Source of the DNA: Candidatus Zhuqueibacterota bacterium
GTDB lineage: Bacteria; Zhuqueibacterota; Zhuqueibacteria; Thermofontimicrobiales; Thermofontimicrobiaceae
Direction of reading: 5' to 3'
DNA length: 64,000 nt
NCBI GenBank assembly: GCA_049322915.1
Contig: JBMOPW010000007.1
Coordinates: 64,001-128,000 of the forward strand
This document shows positions 57,573 through 64,000 of this stretch, piece after piece. Position 1 is the stretch's first letter, and every line of letters starts with the position of its first letter. The translations under genes were made by a program, and so were the position numbers. The notes under the pieces are model-generated. The model made no database searches and was not told where the DNA came from. It worked only from the letters and a program-made list of their open reading frames with translations.

Positions 57573-59594
57573 ATGGTATCACGTCGTGATTTTTTTAGAC
57601 TGTCCGGTTTCATCTCAGGGCTACTGCTTATCAGTCCTGAAACCTTTGCCCGCATTCTCATGAAGGAGGAGCGAGAGAACCTGAATGTGCTGTTTGATCC
57701 ATCCCAGATACCCGAGCTGAAACAGCGCCTGCAATTACCGCTGTTCAAGCCTTTCTGGGACAGCCTGATCAACGCCGATTTGAAGGGCGATGAGAAATTT
57801 CTGAAGGAGGAAATTCAGTTCAATAACCAACTCAGGCATTTGCCCCGCGCCGATGATATTCTTCAACGCGAAGCCTTTGTCTATGCCATGACCGGCAAGA
57901 AGAAGCGCGGCAAATTGGCCCGATTGGCGCTGGAGAAAGTGTTGCAATTCGAGAAATGGGATTATTTTTTAGAAGCCCGGAAGGACGTCATCGGATTGCA
58001 GCGGGCGCCGTACACCACCCAGTCCATCGTCATCGCTTACCCAATGATCGAAAATTTATTATCCAAAGATGTGAAACGGGAGGTCTTCGCGCAATTGCCG
58101 GAAAAAGGATGCATGCCGTGCTATCGCAGTTTGTGGGGCATGCTGAACAAGGAAAAGGTCGTCGGCTGGGGATTTGACCCGGCAAGCACTTTCTTCGAGG
58201 AGCGCGATTTCCGGCGTTGGCCCTGGATTCTCTCCCGCACCAATCTCCGCGCCGTCCCCATGAGCGCGCTGACGCTGGGCGCCCAGTTTCTGGAAGGGAA
58301 AGACGAACGCACTGCGGAATGGATGCAGGTGGTCAAACAGAGCTATGATGAATTTTTCAATATGTTCGAGAAAGATGGCAGTTACAATGAAGGCACCGGC
58401 TATTGCAATTACACGAGCAGCGAGTTGATCCTGATGCTGGAAGTGCTGAGGCGTCGCAAGGATGAAAATTGGTCCAAAGTCATCAACTGGAACGGGGTGA
58501 TGGATTTCTTTTTGATGACGCGAATGCCCTCGGAACAGCACCCGGAAGGTCACGTGAATTTCGGCGATGGCGGCAGCGGCTTTTTCTCGGATGTCGGTTA
58601 CTGGGTCGCCGGCACGTACCGCAATCATGCTGCCCAGTACGCGGCCGAACACCACGCCCAGAAGGATCGTATCTTCTCAGTCATCTGGTACAACCCGGCC
58701 GTCGCTGCAAAACTGCCGAAGAACGACTGGTACTATCGTGAATTCGATATCGGCTGGGTGGTCGCCAGCACCGGTTTTGAAAAAGATGATTTCGTCGCGG
58801 CGCTCCGCAGCGGCGGGCCGGCGAATCACGAACACGCCGATCGCAATACCTTCATCCTGAAATGCTACGCGGAGAATCTGCTGGTGGATCAGTGGCATCC
58901 GCCGTATGATAACAAAAATCCCGGCTGGCCGCTGCGAACGTCGCCGGCGCACAATACCGTGCTGATCGACGGCAAAGGGCATCAGTATCATGACGGCGCG
59001 GAGGGGACGAACTCTTCCCTGGCGGCGGCCAAAATTGTGAAGTCGAAGAAGGAGAATAGTTTTGCCTACGTCATCAGCGACGCCACTCAGGCGTACCATC
59101 TGGTCGATGACAATGTGAAAAATGTCAATCGCACCTGTGTGGTCATTCCCCGCATGAAATTTGCCGTGATTGTGGACTGCCTGGAGACCAATGCCCGGCC
59201 AGCAGAGTTTTCCGCGCGCTGGTTCGTGGAGAACTCCGACGGGAAGGGCACGATCACTATCAGCGGCAACACCTTCGAGTTTCAGAGGCCCGGGGCAAAA
59301 CTGTTCGGCGTCTGCGCCGGCACCCTCGGCGCTGCCATGAGCCAGTCGACATTCCCTGTCCCGGTGGAATCCGGCGTGTATCCCTATCTGGATGTGCGCT
59401 CGGAAAAGCCGGGGAACAGCGTCATGCTCATCACGGCAGTGGCGGCGCTGCAGCTCGATCAGGAGAGGCCGGATATGGAGATTCGCTTCAATGGCAAAAA
59501 TTGGGTGGTGACCACAGATCTCGCCGGCCGCGAGGCAAAAGTGATCATTCTGCCGCAAGAAGCGCATCCTGAAATTTTGGTGCGAATTCTGTGA
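57573..59594 (+). CDS. Heparinase II/III-family polysaccharide lyase-like protein, Tat-exported
   Basis: SRRDFFR, DGSYNEGTGY, NFGDG, NHEHADRNTF, SPAHNTVLIDG. Confidence 0.85.
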   Translation: MVSRRDFFRLSGFISGLLLISPETFARILMKEERENLNVLFDPSQIPELKQRLQLPLFKPFWDSLINADLKGDEKFLKEEIQFNNQLRHLPRADDILQREAFVYAMTGKKKRGKLARLALEKVLQFEKWDYFLEARKDVIGLQRAPYTTQSIVIAYPMIENLLSKDVKREVFAQLPEKGCMPCYRSLWGMLNKEKVVGWGFDPASTFFEERDFRRWPWILSRTNLRAVPMSALTLGAQFLEGKDERTAEWMQVVKQSYDEFFNMFEKDGSYNEGTGYCNYTSSELILMLEVLRRRKDENWSKVINWNGVMDFFLMTRMPSEQHPEGHVNFGDGGSGFFSDVGYWVAGTYRNHAAQYAAEHHAQKDRIFSVIWYNPAVAAKLPKNDWYYREFDIGWVVASTGFEKDDFVAALRSGGPANHEHADRNTFILKCYAENLLVDQWHPPYDNKNPGWPLRTSPAHNTVLIDGKGHQYHDGAEGTNSSLAAAKIVKSKKENSFAYVISDATQAYHLVDDNVKNVNRTCVVIPRMKFAVIVDCLETNARPAEFSARWFVENSDGKGTITISGNTFEFQRPGAKLFGVCAGTLGAAMSQSTFPVPVESGVYPYLDVRSEKPGNSVMLITAVAALQLDQERPDMEIRFNGKNWVVTTDLAGREAKVIILPQEAHPEILVRIL

Positions 59595-59753
59595 TGTGAA
59601 GCGCGACGCGGCTCGTCTGACTGCGGTTCAGCCAGTGACAACCAATCCTGTCAGAATAGCCGCCGGCGCATTTCGCAGAAAACCGATTGAACAACGATGG
59701 CTCGACATAGATTTACTGAGCCCGCGACGAACACCAAGTGCAAAGGAATACCA

Positions 59754-60989
59754 ATGCTGAATCTGGAAAAATCAAAGAAGTTGCACGCGCGCGCGTTGGA
59801 GATAATTCCCGGTGGAACCAACACCAACGCCAAGCGGATCGACAATCTCCTCAATGCGGATTTTTTTCCGGCTTATCTGGAACGGGGCGAGGGCGCTTAC
59901 GTCTGGGATCTGGATGGCAACCGCTACATCGATTATATCGCGTCCCTGGCGCCCATCGTCATAGGCCATCAGGAGCCGCGAATCATCGCCCGGCTGAAAA
60001 AGCAGTTGGACAAGGGCTCTCTTTTTTCGCTGCCGAGTTCCAATGAAGTGAAGCTGAGCGAATTATTGATCGAAAAAATTCCCTGCGCCGAGATGGTGAA
60101 AATTATGAAGACCGGCGCGGAAGTTACCTCGGCCGCAGTGCGCGCAGCGCGGTTCGCCACGGGCAGGGATAAAATTCTGAGCTGCGAATATCACGGTTGG
60201 CACGACTGGTGGTCGGCCAAACTCGGCTACCCAGGCATTCCGCAAAGCTATCGGGATCTGATTCGGGATTTTAGATTCAATGATTTCGAACAGTTGAAAA
60301 AGCAGGTCAGCGAACTGGATGGCGAGGTGGCCTGCATTGTTCTCACCGCCGCATCCTACGGGGTTGAACCTGAAAATGACTTTCTGCCGCGCATCAGAAA
60401 ATTGTGCGATGATGAAGGCATTGTCCTCATCTTCGATGAAATCATCACCGGTTTCCGCTGGGCCACCGGCGGCGCACAGGAAAAATATGGCGTGACCCCG
60501 GATCTGGCGGCGTTCGGCAAGGCCATGGCCAATGGAATGCCCATTGCCGCGCTCGTCGGCAGGAAAGAAATTATGTCAGGTCTCAAGGACACGCTGGTTA
60601 CGTCCACATTTGCCAGTGAGGCGCTGTCCATCGAAGCCGCGCTGGAGACAATTCACATCATCGAGGAAGATCACATCATCGACAAGCTCTACGCCCATTC
60701 GAAAAGACTCCGCAGCGGCATCGGCGAGATCGCGGCCAAGCATCAGCTTGAAATCGATACCATGGCCCCCACGCCGGCGATCAAGTTCGAGTTCGCCGGA
60801 CTGACCGATGCACTGAAGCGCACGGCCCAGTTTGAGCTCATCAAAGAAGCGGCGTCCAAAGGGATACTGCTGCGCAAGGACGGCAGCGGAGTTTCCCTGT
60901 GCGTGATAGCCGCGCTGAGCGCGGACGATATCGACTATACCCTGGATGTGCTGGACGACGCGTTGGCCCTTGTGAGCAAGATGGTGTAA
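59754..60989 (+). CDS. Class III PLP aminotransferase (GSA-aminomutase-like)
   Basis: IPGG, WDLDGNRYIDY, YHGWHD, LIFDEIITGFR, PDLAAFGKAMANGMP. Confidence 0.88.
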   Translation: MLNLEKSKKLHARALEIIPGGTNTNAKRIDNLLNADFFPAYLERGEGAYVWDLDGNRYIDYIASLAPIVIGHQEPRIIARLKKQLDKGSLFSLPSSNEVKLSELLIEKIPCAEMVKIMKTGAEVTSAAVRAARFATGRDKILSCEYHGWHDWWSAKLGYPGIPQSYRDLIRDFRFNDFEQLKKQVSELDGEVACIVLTAASYGVEPENDFLPRIRKLCDDEGIVLIFDEIITGFRWATGGAQEKYGVTPDLAAFGKAMANGMPIAALVGRKEIMSGLKDTLVTSTFASEALSIEAALETIHIIEEDHIIDKLYAHSKRLRSGIGEIAAKHQLEIDTMAPTPAIKFEFAGLTDALKRTAQFELIKEAASKGILLRKDGSGVSLCVIAALSADDIDYTLDVLDDALALVSKMV

Positions 60990-61077
60990 ATTATATCCGT
61001 CTCCGCGCGACGCAGACATTGATACAGGCGATGACGTGAAAAAAATCTCAGTAACTTTATCGCCTCGAAGTCGCTAA

Positions 61078-61238
61078 CCTAAAATATTCATGAACTTGCT
61101 CAGAATTTGAGTCAACATTCAGATTTTCAACTAGCTAAATACTAAGCTATTTTGAAGCTCAGTTTTTGTACGTTTATTCTAAAAAGAGCACCATTCAGGT
61201 TAGCCAGCCTCCTTTAAAAATGCTATGAAAAATGCAGG
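61078..61238. mobile_element. 161-bp MITE family 2, copy 2 (inverted relative to 5201-5361)
   Basis: CTAA on both sides (61074-61077, 61239-61242); 149/161 identical to the reverse complement of copy 1. Confidence 0.88.
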
Positions 61239-61399
61239 CTAAGATATAAAGAATAAGTAGGTTCAAAAAATATAATTGTACTTAAATTTCTAAAATGGAT
61301 TTTTATAATCGAAACAATTCAGGCAAGAATACATACCTGAATAGTATGTCCGCGTGAAAACTCAGTGGAGCAAATTATAAACATAGAAGGAGAAACAAA

Positions 61400-62317
61400 T
61401 TGATCTTGAAAAATCAAAAAATCGTGCCGCATCTCTGGTACGATGAAGAGGCTAAAGAGGCAGCGCAGTTCTATTGCGCGGCTTTCCCTGATTCGGAAAT
61501 CACGAGCGTCACGACCATGCGCGGAACGCCGGTTGGCGACAGTGATATTGTCTCGTTCTCGCTGGCCGGCCAGTTGTTCATGGCCATGAGCGCCGGCCCG
61601 TACTTCACCTTTAATCCGTCGGTGTCGTTCATGCTCAATTTTGATCCGTCGAAGGACAGCCGGGCGCGGGAAAACCTCGACGCGCTCTGGGACAAGCTTT
61701 CGCAGGGCGGCGTGGCGCTCATGCCGCTTGAGGAATACCCATTCAGCAAGCGTTATGGCTGGATTCAGGACAAATACGGTCTCTCGTGGCAGCTTATTCT
61801 GACAAATCCGGAGGGCGATGAGCGACCGTTCATCACGCCGTCGCTCCTGTTTGTCGGCGCAAACTGCGGTAAGACCGAAGAGGCGAGCGATCTCTACCTC
61901 TCAGTATTCGGGAATTCGAAGCGAGGGCTCATCGCACGCTATCCCGGCGGCATGGAGCCGGACAAAGAAGGGACGGTCATGTTCACCGACTTCATGCTCC
62001 ACGGCCAGTGGTTCTCGGCCATGGACAGCGCGCATCCGCATCAGTTCAATTTCAACGAAGCTGTGTCATTCATCGTCAACTGCGACACCCAGGATGAAAT
62101 CGATTATTACTGGAGCCGACTCTCAGCCGCGCCTGAAGCCGAGCAGTGCGGCTGGATCAAGGACAGGTACGGGTTGTCGTGGCAGATCGTGCCCGCTGCC
62201 CTGGATGAAATGATGCGGGATAACGATCCGGAGCGAGTGGATCGCGTGACGCAGGCTGTACTGAAAATGAAGAAGCTTGATCTCGCGGCGCTGCGACGGG
62301 TGTTCGACGCGAAGTGA
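61400..62317 (+). CDS. Two-domain VOC family protein (PhnB / 3-dmu-9_3-mt-like)
   Basis: KIVPHLWY, FTFNPSVSF, GWIQDKYGLSWQ repeated as GWIKDRYGLSWQ. Confidence 0.9.
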   Translation: MILKNQKIVPHLWYDEEAKEAAQFYCAAFPDSEITSVTTMRGTPVGDSDIVSFSLAGQLFMAMSAGPYFTFNPSVSFMLNFDPSKDSRARENLDALWDKLSQGGVALMPLEEYPFSKRYGWIQDKYGLSWQLILTNPEGDERPFITPSLLFVGANCGKTEEASDLYLSVFGNSKRGLIARYPGGMEPDKEGTVMFTDFMLHGQWFSAMDSAHPHQFNFNEAVSFIVNCDTQDEIDYYWSRLSAAPEAEQCGWIKDRYGLSWQIVPAALDEMMRDNDPERVDRVTQAVLKMKKLDLAALRRVFDAK

Positions 62318-62403
62318 CAGCCATCGCCGGATCGCCGCTGACAGCGCATAGCGGGCGCATTGCCGTGATTAAAAACTGAATTTTTCAAAGGAGAATGGAA
62401 TCG

Positions 62404-63225
62404 ATGAAATTGGCATTTTCGACATTGGGCTGCCCGGCGTGGGATCTGGATATGATCCTTCGCAACGCCGCGCACATGGGATTCGATGGCGTCGAGCTGC
62501 GCGGGCTGGGCCAGACGCTGGACATCACGAGCCTGCCCGAATTCACGCGGGACAGGGAAATGACGCGCCGGAAATTCGCGGACGCCGGGATTGACGTCGT
62601 CTGTCTTTCCAGTTCGGTGCGCATGTCCGAGCCTGACGGAAAAAAGCGGGCGGAGCATCTGGATGAACTGAAGCGGTACGCCGAGCTGTGCGCGGTATTC
62701 GGGACGCCCAATATTCGCGTATTCGGCGGCGAGGTGGGGGAGCAACCATGGGAACAGGCCATCGACGAGGCGGCCGGGACGCTGGAAAAGATGATAGTCG
62801 CTATCAGCGATTTCCCGGCGCGGATCATTGTGGAGACTCACGATGACTGGCAGAAAGGCGCGCATTTCCATCAATTGATGAAGCTGGTCAATTCCGACAA
62901 AGCAGGGATTTTATGGGATGTGAATCATCCGTTCATGTTCATCGGCGAAGATCCCTTCGAAACCTGGGCGCAGGCTGGTCCATGGATTCATCACACGCAC
63001 TGGAAAGACTCGAAAATCGTCGTCGACACGGTGATGGGATTCGAGCCCTGTTTAATGGGCGAGGGCGATTTGCCTCATGATATGATTTACGAAGTGCTCC
63101 GGCGCGGCGGGTACGCCGGGTATCTCTCTCTCGAATGGGAGAAACGCTGGCATCCTGATCTGCCCGACCCGGAAATCGCTTTTCCCCAGTTCATACAATA
63201 CATGAAAAAACTAATGGCTGTGTAA
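62404..63225 (+). CDS. Sugar phosphate isomerase/epimerase (xylose isomerase-like TIM barrel)
   Basis: KLAFSTLGCP, GFDGVELR, VETHD, LWDVNH, HTHWKD, LSLEWE. Confidence 0.88.
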   Translation: MKLAFSTLGCPAWDLDMILRNAAHMGFDGVELRGLGQTLDITSLPEFTRDREMTRRKFADAGIDVVCLSSSVRMSEPDGKKRAEHLDELKRYAELCAVFGTPNIRVFGGEVGEQPWEQAIDEAAGTLEKMIVAISDFPARIIVETHDDWQKGAHFHQLMKLVNSDKAGILWDVNHPFMFIGEDPFETWAQAGPWIHHTHWKDSKIVVDTVMGFEPCLMGEGDLPHDMIYEVLRRGGYAGYLSLEWEKRWHPDLPDPEIAFPQFIQYMKKLMAV

Positions 63226-63278
63226 TTCGAGGGAAGGTATGAAACGCCAGTCAGTACATCTGATTTTCAGGAATGACG

Positions 63279-64000
63279 ATGAACTCTAAACAACGCGTGT
63301 CGGCTGCGTTGAATCGGCAGCCAGTCGATCGACCGCCGATTTTCATGTGGTTCCACCCGGACACGGCCGTGCGATTGGCCGCGGCGTTGGAAATTCCAGC
63401 GGCGTCTGTCTCGGAGGTCATGGGCGATGACGTGAAACAGGCCTGGGTGGCCAACAATTTCGCCATGGAAGGCATCGTGCATCAGCGCGATGGGGACGGT
63501 CATGTCGACGACTGGGGAATTCATTGGGTCAAAGAGGGTCCGTTCAACCAGATCAAGCATTATCCATTGCTGGACGCCAGTGACCATGAGTTGCAGCAGT
63601 ATCAATTTCCCCATTCGAAAATCGAAACGCTGTTGTCGAACATGAATCCGCTGGTAGAACGGGCGGAAGAATTTTTCATCGGCTGCGACGTTTCGCCCTG
63701 TCTGTTCGAAATGATCTGTCGGCTGCGCGGAATGGAAAACGCCATCATGGACCTGGCTGCCAATCCCGCTCTCTCGCACATGCTGCTGGAGAAATGCTGC
63801 CAATTTGCCGTGGAAATCAGTCAGAAGGCCTGCTCCCGATTCCCGCTGGACTGGCTCTGGACCGGGGATGACGTTGGCGGACAGCGGGCAATGATCATGA
63901 GCCCCCAGTCCTGGCGTGAAATGATTCGGCCGTATTTGCAGAAGATAGTCGATGTGGGAAAAAATCACGGGCTGCCGGTCGCCTATCATTCCTGCGGCGC
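63279..64000 (+). CDS. Uroporphyrinogen decarboxylase-like (URO-D/MtaA-type TIM barrel) protein; 3' end lies outside the window
   Basis: Not in the ORF track. Manual translation MNSKQRVSAALNRQPVDRPP...DDWGIHW...LRGMENAIMDL...GDDVGGQRAMIMSP..WREMIRPY...YHSCG. Confidence 0.85.
   Translation, partial: MNSKQRVSAALNRQPVDRPPIFMWFHPDTAVRLAAALEIPAASVSEVMGDDVKQAWVANNFAMEGIVHQRDGDGHVDDWGIHWVKEGPFNQIKHYPLLDASDHELQQYQFPHSKIETLLSNMNPLVERAEEFFIGCDVSPCLFEMICRLRGMENAIMDLAANPALSHMLLEKCCQFAVEISQKACSRFPLDWLWTGDDVGGQRAMIMSPQSWREMIRPYLQKIVDVGKNHGLPVAYHSCG

Noticed and set aside
63239..63289. 16-codon ORF with a good SD overlapping the URO-D-like start (possible frameshift or leader peptide)
   Set aside because: The downstream gene already begins with the family-typical MNSKQRV start, so no frameshift is needed, and there is no other support.
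59754..64000. hemL and hemE assignments for the aminotransferase and the URO-D-like gene
   Set aside because: Only family-level motifs are visible, the context is sugar catabolism, and no other tetrapyrrole genes are present, so symbols are withheld.

Overview
Bacterial chromosome window, roughly 50-55% GC by eye. The C-terminal 'YPNPFN' secretion/FlgD-like domains, TonB receptor, GH29s and sulfatase suggest an FCB-group lineage such as KSB1 or Calditrichota (inference only). In order, the window holds: a partial aminopeptidase P; two GH29 alpha-L-fucosidases; a decayed type III restriction-modification operon with an intact MenA/MenT-like toxin-antitoxin pair inside it; a GHL10 / FAD-oxidoreductase / YkuD-like / transporter / hydantoinase / DUF5009 / sulfatase cluster; an M20 peptidase; glutaredoxin plus orphan groES; a NifB/X-ferredoxin-CDF operon; a stand-alone fusA; DUF362 plus polyferredoxin; a protein quality-control cluster (two HtrA, grpE, dnaJ, dnaK) with sigma54-type promoters; a TonB locus; tRNA-Asn with two interrupted copies; and a sugar/uronate catabolic cluster running off the right end. 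The most unusual signal is a layered set of small non-autonomous elements. (i) GTAA-ended elements with 8-bp target duplications (IS66-like), mostly with 7-nt periodic arms, occur at four loci. At one locus two lie in tandem and one of them carries a GxxExxY gene as cargo. (ii) A 65-bp hairpin splits that GxxExxY gene at its signature motif and resembles a ribosome-bypass site. (iii) A second MITE family has CTAA duplications. (iv) Two 24-bp repeats sit in frame inside the res gene. (v) An 18-bp palindrome replaces part of the anticodon arm in the duplicated tRNA copies. No CRISPR array, rRNA or transposase gene was seen. Gene calls come from motif recognition, not database searches.
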